A stretch of DNA of 64,000 nucleotides, taken from a virus. Positions 43,501-52,825 of the stretch are shown here, in pieces. The position numbers were made by a program, and so were the translations under genes. The stretch covers positions 1 through 64,000 of the IMG/VR virus record IMGVR_UViG_3300036945_000368; one strand, given 5' to 3'. Every line of letters begins with the position of its first letter. The first letter of the stretch is position 1. The notes beneath the pieces were generated by a model, which had not been told where the DNA came from, did no database searches, and worked only from the letters and a program-made list of their open reading frames with translations.

Positions 43501-45496
43501 TTAAAGCAGGACTTGCTCTACCTGCAGCACAAATATCTCTTAATACTTCTAGTACGCTGCGTTGTGAACCAAGTACTGCGTTATATTGGAAACCTTTTGT
43601 ATTGCAGTATGTAGCCCAATGTTGTAATTGAACAAGATCAAACTTAGCAGAAGGGTTTGTAATCTTTTGTGAATTAGCAGGATGCTCTAAAACATATCTG
43701 AATAAATCTGCAGGGTTACTTGTTGATGCATCCACCCAAGCAGAACCATTCCAAGATTTACAGTATGTTTGTACGATTGCATTTAAGCCTTCAATAGAAC
43801 CGTTAAGTTGATCTGTAGCTTTAATCTTAAAAGCTGATTTCGCAATCTTAGCTCCAACAGGGTCTAAAGCCGGTGTTGAATTTCTAAAGAATGTTACTGC
43901 ATGTAAAATGCTTGTATGGTAATATCTGTACTCAGGATTATCTTCTACATTATCACCAGTTGTACGTCTAATGCGTATAGAGATGCCATTATTAACTGGA
44001 ATAATACTATCGTAGATAGAAAAAGTCTTAGTATAAGTAAATGCATCCTTCTTAGGAGCATCATCACCAATAGTAATTGAGCCTAATGAAATCCAACTTG
44101 TATTATAAAACTCAATATCAAAACTTACAGGAGCAGTTGAACTATCACCAGCGCCACTACCTTTGGCTTTAATCTTACGCAAGCCTTGAGGGAAGTGTAA
44201 AGCTATTGTTACACTATCTACTGCTTCAGTTGAAATAGATGTAGCCCAAGGTCCAGCTGTTACAACAGTCTCTGGATTACCATCACAACCTAATTCAAGA
44301 TTAGGGTTAGTTGGTGTAACATCCTTACCATAAATCGCATTGAACTTATCTAATTGTAATTGAGTAGGTTCTGTTTTTCTATCTAATGTTTCTAAAACAT
44401 AATCTGTGTAGTTACTGATCGGTTGTTCACCAATTTTTAAAGTGGCCTGATCAATTGTTAAAGGTCCATAACCCCAAGTTAAGAGCATAGATAAATAACT
44501 ATCTCTATCATTCTCATAGGTTAAATAGTTATATGAACCTAAAGGAGGTGTCATTTTAACTTTACCTAAGACTACAGGAATAGCCCCATAAGGTGTAGCT
44601 TGATTTGATGCACCATCTACCATTAACTGCCGTTCACTGCTACCGGCATCCCTTGGCCCTGCAGGGACTCTGATTGGGGCGATGTAATTTACTAATGCCA
44701 TACCAACCATACTAACTGCTACACTACCCATTGCAGCAGCGCCAGCAGACCATCCAGCACCTGTTGCACCACCCGCTGTTGCTGCTACTTCAGGTGCAGC
44801 TAAGTATGCTCCAGTTTGTACAGCAATATACATTACAGCTAAAGATAGTACAAGTCTAGTTGTATCACCACCAGTAGGTACTGAACGGTACTCTACCTTA
44901 TCATTGTCATTTAAGGTAACCTCTGACCAATTAGCTTGATCAATAATCTTACCGTTAACAATAATATTGACCTTACTTTGAATCTCTTCAGGTACGGCAT
45001 ACTCTTTTAAAATCCAGTTAGCTAATACATCCAGTTTTGTACCATTAGGTACTGGCATAGTGTAGCGCTCAGTTCGAAGGGGATGAGGAACTACGTTTAA
45101 GGTTGTACTATTAGCATTATATTTAAAGTAACCAACAATGCGTTTTTTCCAGTAAGGAGAAGCAAAAGCTTCGATAGCTGAATCATAACCATCTCGTGCA
45201 TGAATAAAATGCGTAGCTGATACTGCAACACCGATATGTGAAGCAGACCCCATGATCTTAAATAATACTAGATCACCTTCAGAAGGTACTTCAGTGGATT
45301 CCCAACCTTCTTTATATTGAGCGATCAGATCAGAAATTCTTTCGATATCGCTGTCTTCATACTCTGAGCTAAAGGATGGAAGCGTAATGGCATACTCATT
45401 CTTATAGACTAGTCGGGCTAATCCCCAACAGTCTACGCCTTCTTCAGTTCTACCTTTGTATTTAAAAGGAATACCGATATAATTATTTGACCACAT
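40577..45496 (-). CDS. Tail tip protein: NlpC/P60 + gpI-like + gpJ-like with FN3 repeats
   Basis: G.DCWGL...HIGV; N.ATPYG.IPVVLG; SNPA; RGD.V. Confidence 0.88.
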   Translation of the reverse strand: MWSNNYIGIPFKYKGRTEEGVDCWGLARLVYKNEYAITLPSFSSEYEDSDIERISDLIAQYKEGWESTEVPSEGDLVLFKIMGSASHIGVAVSATHFIHARDGYDSAIEAFASPYWKKRIVGYFKYNANSTTLNVVPHPLRTERYTMPVPNGTKLDVLANWILKEYAVPEEIQSKVNIIVNGKIIDQANWSEVTLNDNDKVEYRSVPTGGDTTRLVLSLAVMYIAVQTGAYLAAPEVAATAGGATGAGWSAGAAAMGSVAVSMVGMALVNYIAPIRVPAGPRDAGSSERQLMVDGASNQATPYGAIPVVLGKVKMTPPLGSYNYLTYENDRDSYLSMLLTWGYGPLTIDQATLKIGEQPISNYTDYVLETLDRKTEPTQLQLDKFNAIYGKDVTPTNPNLELGCDGNPETVVTAGPWATSISTEAVDSVTIALHFPQGLRKIKAKGSGAGDSSTAPVSFDIEFYNTSWISLGSITIGDDAPKKDAFTYTKTFSIYDSIIPVNNGISIRIRRTTGDNVEDNPEYRYYHTSILHAVTFFRNSTPALDPVGAKIAKSAFKIKATDQLNGSIEGLNAIVQTYCKSWNGSAWVDASTSNPADLFRYVLEHPANSQKITNPSAKFDLVQLQHWATYCNTKGFQYNAVLGSQRSVLEVLRDICAAGRASPALIDGKWTVTIDEAKENIIQHFTPHNSWGFESTKALPKLPDGLRVTYFDEDNNYQESEIIVYAIGKNENNAELFEAIQLPGVTKKSSVIDHAKWHMAQSKLRPEIYTLNVDIEYLVCNRGDRVKVSHDIPMWGLASGRIKNRISSTVFELDEEVPMQSGLNYTIRVRSSNGSSVVRNVQSVGIDGYYSQITLTSSTTSTEVNASDLFMFGELDSEAQDLIVLSIEPTTNKSARITLVDYGVTDTYNIFTDYLTLTASTVFESQITLPPKLTLAGLGDSIPTITKLVSDESVMEKISDGAFKYNLKVSYTNDIKLPATIASVQIQYDYAASTDSLNYNINSTDYTSGSILVPNVVEGETYKVRLRYVTSDGRFGKWTEWANNTIVGKTSLPSQVTNFNYEAELNTGRLRLSWDNNSEIDIKGYEVRTANTGWGTSANRVFSGSTNTCSTLAEDSAHSTTYYIRAYDYGNNYSATSASIIYTAPLPDKPTNLSYVYGSSSNTHSTVTFSWEPPSQINFTIREYKLTITKPDKPTEVLTTASTKYISNADWVGNAVISIEVIDISGNVSPAATLTVPKYVPAPIVSFNADVVDNNVLLRWVLPNKTSLPISHILIKRGVSWEDADKIIGEKSGTFTSIFELAGGNYTYWLAVVDTDDRESTPIPIALTVSQPPDFVFNAEYISTLQATKSNVSNITNSTSLLMLVNNSETWAQHFSNRSWNTPEDQVAANYPIYSQPNTAPAYYQEVFNYNQLLASSSITVEFTGSVVSGTPSVYTEIETSLNGTTWTPPQKLDAIFATNFQYIRVTINALANTTADLYKLDKLIVRLDNKQISDSDSATCLLADSLGTIVNFNKEFIAVQSINLTAAGTTPLTAVYDFNEETISGTYAISSGTITVNATAHGLITGQAVRLAFSSGSGTSGVYIITKINDNQYTAVATGQSSTSGAVVTYAQSMRVYVFNSTSGVRQDARVGWSIKGY

Positions 45497-45539
45497 TAAA
45501 ATACCTCATAAGAATAGGTTGCTATTAAATTATGCTTAC

Positions 45540-46061
45540 TCAGAACATACCGGGGAAATATCTCGGACTGAATGAATGCATTGGAAAAGGTTCTCGTTCT
45601 AAATCTACCATTGCTAAATTAGTCGTAACCGTATTTGCATTATATGTAAAACTGTTAATATAAAAACCTTCAAAAGATACTTCCACTACGTTAGGTGTCT
45701 TAGATAAAACTAGTTCCATCTTAATAGAAGGTGGAGATGTAATTGACCTAATAATAGGTGTAATTAATCTCGTCACATCGTGCAATGTAATTGAGCATCT
45801 AGGAGCTTGTGCTTCATCTTCACTAGGCAGACCAATTTCCATAGGTAAGAATATATAATCCTGCCCATTACTTTTTACACCGTATACAATCTCAGTATCT
45901 GTTTCACTAAGCCGTTGAGTATATCCGTCAGCTAATCTTGCAATTACATTTGACGGATTTTCAGGGTCATAGATAGTTAGTAAAAAGATTAAATCAGAGT
46001 CAGCTTCTGGAGAGAAAACTGCTCTGAGTGCTTCTGGTGACATGGTAGTTAAACGACTCAT
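45540..46061 (-). CDS. Minor tail protein (gpL/DUF1833-like)
   Basis: LLTI, P.EIGLP, EPFP..F.P..FPGMF. Confidence 0.78.
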   Translation of the reverse strand: MSRLTTMSPEALRAVFSPEADSDLIFLLTIYDPENPSNVIARLADGYTQRLSETDTEIVYGVKSNGQDYIFLPMEIGLPSEDEAQAPRCSITLHDVTRLITPIIRSITSPPSIKMELVLSKTPNVVEVSFEGFYINSFTYNANTVTTNLAMVDLEREPFPMHSFSPRYFPGMF

Positions 46062-46423
46062 GGTAGAATCTCTAGCTGCAATGAAACTGAGTAAAGTTCG
46101 GGCATAATATAACTAGTTGAATATAATGCGCCATCGCCTTGAGCTACTACTCTTACTTCTACTGTTTGATTAGTCCTCGGATGTACAAAACCAAATCTAG
46201 CTGTACCTTGCAAAGTATCCTTTAGGAATGTTTCAAGGGTTGCTACTTGAGTAGTTGATAGATCGTATGATACTTGCATAGTATCTGGTCTTGTACCTCT
46301 TCTGCGTATCTTCGCAGGTCCAGCATCCATAGGAGTTCTAAGTAATAAAACTCCACTGGACTCTGAATAGTTTGTTTTAGGTTTCTGCGGTAATGTTAAA
46401 GGCCAGATAAAACTGTAAGCCAT
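46058..46423 (-). CDS. Distal tail protein (gpM-like)
   Basis: WP.TLP, RTPMDAGPAK.RRR; follows tape measure. Confidence 0.78.
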   Translation of the reverse strand: MAYSFIWPLTLPQKPKTNYSESSGVLLLRTPMDAGPAKIRRRGTRPDTMQVSYDLSTTQVATLETFLKDTLQGTARFGFVHPRTNQTVEVRVVAQGDGALYSTSYIMPELYSVSLQLEILP

Positions 46424-46425
46424 AA

Positions 46426-49400
46426 TTATCTCCTAATAAGAGCTGGTTGAATACCATATGTTGATTTCATAGCTTTCTGTGAAGAGCTACCACTGCGAGT
46501 TACTTCGCCAGCTGTCATATCGCCAATAATAACTTCTACCTTTCTATTTCCTCTTGAGTCCGTAGTCTCTTGGGTTGTAGCTTGTGCATTTGTGTTATTG
46601 ATAATACTGACAGAAACATTACTGCCGCCACCTTGTGATTGAACACCTAAGGAACCATCCGGACCTCTACGTAGTGGCATAATAGCTTCTGGACCAGCTT
46701 CACCCATTAAACCAGTGCCCTTAGCAAACTTAAATAAAGTAGGACTATCTACGATTGAATTCGTGAATGAACCACCTTTAGCGAAGGCTTGTACTCCGTT
46801 GTTCCATGCACCACCTAATGCTTGTGGCATTGGGCCTACAAAGTTCTCAGAGCCCGGTGTGTACTGTCCACCAGTCATTCCACTATAAACCCCTTTGATT
46901 GTATTTAATATACCTAAGGAGCCACCTGTAGTTTGATACAATGAAGACATTTGTGCTTGCAACTCAAAACGAATTAAGTTACTAAGCATAGAATCAATCA
47001 AACCTTTAAAACTAAATTCACCTGTTTTAACAAAGTTTAGAATTGCATCTCCCATACCTTGAAACACATTTGAAAAAGCATCGTTATAAGCATTTAAACG
47101 CTTTAAGGACATATCATTATATCTAGCTTCAGCATCATCAGCAGCTTTAGCAGCAGCTATTTTAGCAGCAGCTAAAGTGTTAGTTGAATCAAGTCTAGTC
47201 TGATCTAAAGCCTTTTGCGCTAATGCAGCTTGCTCAGTATCTTTAGGAGAACCTTCTAAGTTTTTCTCAGCTTGTTTAATGCGCTGTTCAGCAGCGGTAA
47301 TAGCTGGAATCAACTTATTATACTCATCACGATAAGCTTTAATACGTTCAGCTGAAGCGCCATAAGCACCAGCCAATTCCTTCTCAGCTTCGTATGAAGC
47401 ACTACGTTGATTAGCAGAAGATGCAACAGTTTTACTAAAATCTATGTAAGCATCCTTGGATTGTTTAATAACTTCTCCAATAGCTCTCATGTTTTCAATA
47501 GAGCGGGTAGTAACAGTGTCGGCAATACCTTTTTTAGTGTTCTCTAAGCTTTTATTTAACTCTTCAAAAGTAGCAGTTAAGTTCTTTACGTCCTGAGAAC
47601 CAGCACCAGATTTGGCAGATAATGCCTTATACTGAATAGCATAAGCGTCTGCGAATTGCTTCTGAAACTTTTCAACAACAGCCAATTGAGAAGATTCAGA
47701 CTGTTCTAAGAGTTTAGTATCTTCAGTTACATATTCTGAGCGATCTTTCAAACCGATATCATAGTAGAACTTAAGAACTTTGCGCTTATTATCGTTCATA
47801 GATTGAGCCATTTTTAACTCTTCACTATAACCTTTTTGAGCGATCTCTAAATTGTTTGGTAATGCAGCTTCACCGAAGATTTCTTTACGAATTCCAGCTA
47901 ATATTTTAGCTTGTTCAGCTTCACCTATACCAGCCTTAAGAGCAGCCTCCTGAAGTTTCAATCTTTCAGCTTCAAATCTTGCTTGTTTAGATAAGGATGC
48001 TTCAGCATATTTTCCGTATTTAATTCCAAATTCAGCAAAAGCGTTAGATTTATCTTTTGCTTGAGCTACTTTTTCTTCGTTCTCAACCTGTGCTTTCAAA
48101 CCATCTACAATTGCTTGTTGCTTAGTTAACTCTGCTGCTATGAGAGGTCTATCTTTATTACTGGCAAATTGTAATTTATTTAGTTCATCGGTTGCAGCAT
48201 TTAATTGGCTTGTTAAATCTCCCTTTCGACCTGCATTCGCAATTCGGTCCCACATTGAAGAAGCAGCCCTACCTACAGTGTCGAAAAAGGATTCTAAATA
48301 ACTCATGTCTTTTTGAATATCAGAAGAAGCTTTTTTCATGGCATCAGAATAAGAATTAATAGCCAATGTCGCGGCTTCTGTTTTCTTACCTTGTTTTTCT
48401 AAGCCATCCACGGCTTTCATAATCTCTGGCGAAATTAAACCAGTGCTTTTAGCTAATTCACGAATAGCTTCAGTTGGTTTCTCGCCTAATTTACTAAATT
48501 GCTTAATTGTATCTTCAATTGGTATACCAGCTGCCTTATTTAAATCGATAGCAGCAGAAGTTACAGCCTGCAAATTATCTGCAGAAATATTTCCAGCTTT
48601 AGCTGATGCGGCAATAGCTTGAGCAAACGCTCCAACGTTGCCTTTAGCTCCTGCATATGTCTTAGATAGAGCTATTGCTTGATCATTGGTAATACCTAAA
48701 GCACCTCCTGAAAGGGTTACAGCTCTAGACAGTTCACCTTCTTGCTTAATTACTTCTTTTAGACTTACTGCCATTGCAATAAGCGTAGCAATAGCAGCTA
48801 CAACTATACCACCAGTAAAAACCTGAATAGCTACACTGATGCCATTTAACACCGAAGATAATCCAGTTTTACCTGTAATAGCTTCCTTAAAAATTAAAGA
48901 TTCTTTAAGTTTATCAAGAATAAAAGTAGCTCCAGTAATATCGGAACCAAATTTAATAACAGCTTTACCAGCACTAGCTAAGGAGTTGACAACTAAGCCA
49001 CCAACAGCGATGCCTACGTCTTTTACACTACCTACCATACCTGCAGCAGCGTCTTGAAGTGCTTTACCCATGTCCTTACCTGCGATACCAGCTAAAGCAA
49101 GCTGATCTCTTAACTGACCACCCTGTTGTAGAAGAACAGTCAAAGGGTTTTGACCTGTCATTAAGCCAACACCAATATCGGTAATCTGTGGTCCTAATGC
49201 ACGAGCTAAGTAATCTACTTGACGGTTACCACTCTGTTTATTTGTTTCAGCTAATTTCTTTTTAAATTCGTCTAATTTAACGGTCTGCTCTGCTAAGGTC
49301 ATACCTGATTGTTTCAAAGCATTCTCAAAACGAATTAGAGCGTTAACAGAACCAGAACCTAAATCTTTATTAGTTTCTTGTAAAGCCGTATCTAAACGAT

Positions 49401-50127
49401 ACATTTCTTTTTCAAGATAAGCATTAGCTTTAGCTGTTTGGTTAATCCACTTCTCTTGGTCCTTGACACTATTAGTAACAGAATTAATAGTAGTAGCTGT
49501 CTGTGAAGCAACCTTAACTAATTTCTCGTATTCGATATTAGCAGCGCCTACACCCTTATCTTTAAACAGTTCATTTAGGCGTAGCTTATCACGCGCTAAC
49601 TCTTCCATCTGACCTTTAGTTAAACCAAGATTACGGTTATAAAGGTTTTGTACTTCGTTAGCAACTTTTAATCTGTTAGTCCATGCTTCTAATGTACCAA
49701 TGCTTTTGTCAAAGGGGTCTGTACCCATTAGAGTACGTTGAGTCTTTAGGGTAGCACCAATGAGGGTTAATTCATCGTTTAAAGCACCAGAGGCTTTAGC
49801 GTAAGCTAATACAGAAGATTGACCTTTAGAATAACCTTCAGTCATGAAAGCTAAGATATCTTGCTGGCGCTGAAGTACAGATACACTTTCCTTGAGTGGC
49901 TTATTACTGTCTTCCTGAGCCTTGGCTAATTTAATAGTAGCCATCTCTGCTTTAGCATTAGCTGTAGTAGTTTTAGCTTGTGACTGTGCTAACTTCTCAG
50001 AAGCAACAGCTGCATCGGAGACTGGTTTGTTAAGCTTAGAAACCTCTGTAGTAAGGTTCTTAATAGCTGTTACAGCAGAGACTAATTCACTAGTCTCTAC
50101 TTTAAATTTTAGCGTTTGTAAGTCCAT
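46426..50127 (-). CDS. Tape measure protein
   Basis: QITDI...GQNP...LQQGGQL; FAKGG...MGEAGPEAIMPL. Confidence 0.93.
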   Translation of the reverse strand: MDLQTLKFKVETSELVSAVTAIKNLTTEVSKLNKPVSDAAVASEKLAQSQAKTTTANAKAEMATIKLAKAQEDSNKPLKESVSVLQRQQDILAFMTEGYSKGQSSVLAYAKASGALNDELTLIGATLKTQRTLMGTDPFDKSIGTLEAWTNRLKVANEVQNLYNRNLGLTKGQMEELARDKLRLNELFKDKGVGAANIEYEKLVKVASQTATTINSVTNSVKDQEKWINQTAKANAYLEKEMYRLDTALQETNKDLGSGSVNALIRFENALKQSGMTLAEQTVKLDEFKKKLAETNKQSGNRQVDYLARALGPQITDIGVGLMTGQNPLTVLLQQGGQLRDQLALAGIAGKDMGKALQDAAAGMVGSVKDVGIAVGGLVVNSLASAGKAVIKFGSDITGATFILDKLKESLIFKEAITGKTGLSSVLNGISVAIQVFTGGIVVAAIATLIAMAVSLKEVIKQEGELSRAVTLSGGALGITNDQAIALSKTYAGAKGNVGAFAQAIAASAKAGNISADNLQAVTSAAIDLNKAAGIPIEDTIKQFSKLGEKPTEAIRELAKSTGLISPEIMKAVDGLEKQGKKTEAATLAINSYSDAMKKASSDIQKDMSYLESFFDTVGRAASSMWDRIANAGRKGDLTSQLNAATDELNKLQFASNKDRPLIAAELTKQQAIVDGLKAQVENEEKVAQAKDKSNAFAEFGIKYGKYAEASLSKQARFEAERLKLQEAALKAGIGEAEQAKILAGIRKEIFGEAALPNNLEIAQKGYSEELKMAQSMNDNKRKVLKFYYDIGLKDRSEYVTEDTKLLEQSESSQLAVVEKFQKQFADAYAIQYKALSAKSGAGSQDVKNLTATFEELNKSLENTKKGIADTVTTRSIENMRAIGEVIKQSKDAYIDFSKTVASSANQRSASYEAEKELAGAYGASAERIKAYRDEYNKLIPAITAAEQRIKQAEKNLEGSPKDTEQAALAQKALDQTRLDSTNTLAAAKIAAAKAADDAEARYNDMSLKRLNAYNDAFSNVFQGMGDAILNFVKTGEFSFKGLIDSMLSNLIRFELQAQMSSLYQTTGGSLGILNTIKGVYSGMTGGQYTPGSENFVGPMPQALGGAWNNGVQAFAKGGSFTNSIVDSPTLFKFAKGTGLMGEAGPEAIMPLRRGPDGSLGVQSQGGGSNVSVSIINNTNAQATTQETTDSRGNRKVEVIIGDMTAGEVTRSGSSSQKAMKSTYGIQPALIRR

Positions 50128-50149
50128 GATTTTTCCTATCTATTTGGAA

Positions 50150-50203
50150 TTTTATCTTTAATAACTATGTAATTACTAAAGATAAAAGCCCTCGTTAGAG
50201 GGC
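50150..50203 (-). terminator. Terminator followed by a second long hairpin
   Basis: GCCCTC/GAGGGC-TTTT; 17-bp downstream stem. Confidence 0.7.
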
Positions 50204-50208
50204 AGTTA

Positions 50209-50592
50209 TTATTTACCTTTAGAGTTCTTTTCCTGAGCTTTAGCAAATGTATCTAAGGCTAGGTTATCAAATTTGCGTAGTAAAGTCAGTTCCCATTCTT
50301 CGGGGTCTACTTGCAACAAATCGAAATAAGCTTTCATTTCAGTGAATGTAATAGGTGAAGCACCAAAACCGTTTCCAGTTCTGGTTGTATGTAAGTCTTT
50401 AAAGTAACCCCATACATATAAACAACTATCAGGGATAGTAAGAAGATCAGACAATTCTTTAGGCTTATGCCCTGTCTGTCTCCATACACTTTCCAGATGT
50501 TGTTTTACTGTAGCCCCATTCTTATCCTGAGTATTAAGCTTGAACTCTTGTTCGGCAAAAGCTAGAGCTTGTTCAATTTCCTGTGGGTCGAA
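50209..50592 (-). CDS. Tail assembly chaperone, frameshift extension (gpGT-like)
   Basis: Open +1 frame from TTC GAC CCA to the stop at 50209; W.YF.DL...R..G.G.SPI.F.E motif. Confidence 0.75.
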   Translation of the reverse strand, partial: FDPQEIEQALAFAEQEFKLNTQDKNGATVKQHLESVWRQTGHKPKELSDLLTIPDSCLYVWGYFKDLHTTRTGNGFGASPITFTEMKAYFDLLQVDPEEWELTLLRKFDNLALDTFAKAQEKNSKGK

Positions 50593-50992
50593 AATTGAGA
50601 ATCTGTGAAGATTCCTCCATCACTTGTTCACGAATCCATGAGTGTTCTTTAAAGATTTTAGCTGCAGTTTCTGGAGAGAATTTAACTTCTTCACCGTTAT
50701 CTGTAATGCCTCGCCAACCTAATACTCGAACAACAGCGGTTTCAATAGAAAGTTCTTCGGCATCTTCTAAGGTCATATCCTCTACGTCCTTACCTCTGCG
50801 TTTAGCTTGTGTTTGCTTCTGTTGAAATTCCTTGAACTTGTTTCTACCGAAAGCTTTTACAGTCTTTGATTCTTCACCACGTACTGTAATAAAAGCTCCT
50901 GTACCTTCACTCGTAGTTGGTAACCGTACTTCAAATTCAAAACCAATATCAGCAGCTACGCTTAAGTTATTCTTTGCTAAATCTAATGCCAT
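50573..50992 (-). CDS. Tail assembly chaperone (gpG-like)
   Basis: Between tail tube and tape measure; ends WIREQV.....NF. Confidence 0.82.
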   Translation of the reverse strand: MALDLAKNNLSVAADIGFEFEVRLPTTSEGTGAFITVRGEESKTVKAFGRNKFKEFQQKQTQAKRRGKDVEDMTLEDAEELSIETAVVRVLGWRGITDNGEEVKFSPETAAKIFKEHSWIREQVMEESSQILNFRPTGN

Positions 50993-51045
50993 ATATGTCC
51001 TTTCAAGACGTTGATAAGATGAGATAATCTCGCTATACAGATAAG

Positions 51046-51074
51046 ATTATAGCATAATTTTACTTGAAAAGCAA
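51046..51074 (-). promoter_or_regulatory. Sigma70-type promoter
   Basis: TTGCTT-17-(TG)TATAAT. Confidence 0.78.
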
Positions 51075-51085
51075 GATGCAGACGT

Positions 51086-51119
51086 AAAAAAACCCCAAGG
51101 CTGTTACACCAAGGGGTTT
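51086..51119 (-). terminator. Terminator after the tail tube gene
   Basis: AAACCCC...GGGGTTTTTTT on minus strand. Confidence 0.72.
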
Positions 51120-51145
51120 AATTATGTGGCCTCTAAGGGCAACTA

Positions 51146-52354
51146 TTAGGCTGCAGAATCTTGTACAGCGATTGTAGTAGCTGGAAGACCTGCGCTGATA
51201 TCAGCATTAGATAAAGCTTGGAAGCTCGTAGCAGCTACAATACCAAGTTCACCGTCATCCTTTGTAAAGCTACCTAATTTTACCTTAGGGATAGTAAAGG
51301 TAATAAAATCAGAGTTCTTGTTTGAGTCACTAGTTAATACTAAGACTAAGGAGACAGGTACTTCGTCATTGAAATATGTACGGAAGGCAGCATCTTGGAA
51401 GTAAACACTTAAGTTACCGCTAACACGAATACGACCTGTGAAAATATCTGCAACAGAATTAGAACCGACTGTTGTAGCATTTTCTGTAGCACGATCAATA
51501 GTAAAATCTGCAGAAGTAACTAAAGCTACTGGAGCGCCATCAACTAACATTACACCGTTTACAGCAGCAAAAATACCGTTAGTACCTTGAGCAGTCGGGT
51601 TTGAGAAATACTGAGTAGTACCAGTTTGTGCCATATCCTTACCAGCAAAACCTACGTCAATAGTAGTTAAACCAGTTGCAGGTAATTGAACAGCAACACT
51701 GTTTACTTTCATACCTGTGAATACTTCAGACTGTGCAATATCGCTGTACCATTCTTCAATATTGTAAGACTGGTCAGTATGGCCTGTTGCGGGAACAAAA
51801 GTTGTCTTACCAACTGTTGCAATATCTACACTAGCGATTGGACCTTGTGGTACAAGAGTAGAACCATTAATTGTAGTAACAGTTAAAACTGTATCAGTTA
51901 CATTAGTGATTAGTAAGTTATTATCTACGTTAGCAGCGTTCAAATTAACGCCTGTCAAACGAACAACAGTACCTACCTTGTAACCTTGAGTTAAGTAGTC
52001 ACCAGCTGCGCGGGTTACTGTAAAAACATTACCAGATGCGGCGATTGTAACTGAAACACTAGTGGATGTAACACCAGCGCTGAAATCACGAGCAACAACT
52101 GAACCGATAAAATCGGAGTATGAAGCTGGAGATAACTCACCATTTAAGCTACCTGTTGCGCTACGGACACCGTGGCGAAAGTCAGCAATTTGACGGTCTG
52201 TACGAATCTCACCGGATTCATAAGTTTCTTTTGTTAGGTTAAAGTTAGCAGTAACACGGCGTAATAGTTTAGCACCTGTTGCGCCAGCTAGTGTACCAAA
52301 GGCGCTTTCCTTTTTGTAGCCGACTTGTTTAGCCGTACCTTTTGCGATTGTCAT
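51146..52354 (-). CDS. Major tail tube protein
   Basis: E..FG, S.EIR.DRQ..D.R.G...G...GELS; synteny. Confidence 0.85.
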   Translation of the reverse strand: MTIAKGTAKQVGYKKESAFGTLAGATGAKLLRRVTANFNLTKETYESGEIRTDRQIADFRHGVRSATGSLNGELSPASYSDFIGSVVARDFSAGVTSTSVSVTIAASGNVFTVTRAAGDYLTQGYKVGTVVRLTGVNLNAANVDNNLLITNVTDTVLTVTTINGSTLVPQGPIASVDIATVGKTTFVPATGHTDQSYNIEEWYSDIAQSEVFTGMKVNSVAVQLPATGLTTIDVGFAGKDMAQTGTTQYFSNPTAQGTNGIFAAVNGVMLVDGAPVALVTSADFTIDRATENATTVGSNSVADIFTGRIRVSGNLSVYFQDAAFRTYFNDEVPVSLVLVLTSDSNKNSDFITFTIPKVKLGSFTKDDGELGIVAATSFQALSNADISAGLPATTIAVQDSAA

Positions 52355-52417
52355 ATTATTTTCTCCAATTAAATTTCATTTGCAAATGAACTGATTTTAG
52401 GGTATCAGCAAACCAGA

Positions 52418-52825
52418 TTAGTACGAATATACTTCAGCTACCAATTCGATTAAAACAGGGCAGATTACCTTGTCTGATACTGTAGATGTTCCAGCTACCT
52501 GAGGGGTAGAAAGTACATGAATTTTTACATTACCTTCTACAAATACGGTACCTTTTTTAAAGTGGTTTCTGACAAGTTCAGCACGAGCTAAAACTTCAGA
52601 TGTACCCTTATTGGTTGACCCTAAACAGAATACTTGCATAGTTAGGCGTTCTCTATGAAAGCCGGTTCCAAGTACAGGGTCTTCTGGAGGTTGTATTGTA
52701 AATTGAACTCTTTCGTATAGCCCAACTGGAGGAGTAAAACTAACACCCTCCCAAGCGATTGGGACTGTAGGTGTTAATGTATTAAGATGCCTTTCAGCAG
52801 CTTTTTTAATTTCGATTATTGCCAT
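52418..52825 (-). CDS. Tail terminator protein (DUF4128-like)
   Basis: IAWEGV.FTPP, QVF...G....A......F..G. Confidence 0.72.
   Translation of the reverse strand: MAIIEIKKAAERHLNTLTPTVPIAWEGVSFTPPVGLYERVQFTIQPPEDPVLGTGFHRERLTMQVFCLGSTNKGTSEVLARAELVRNHFKKGTVFVEGNVKIHVLSTPQVAGTSTVSDKVICPVLIELVAEVYSY

Noticed and set aside
50585-50600. Canonical -1 tail-chaperone frameshift
   Set aside because: The downstream open frame is +1 relative to gpG and no XXXYYYZ heptamer is present
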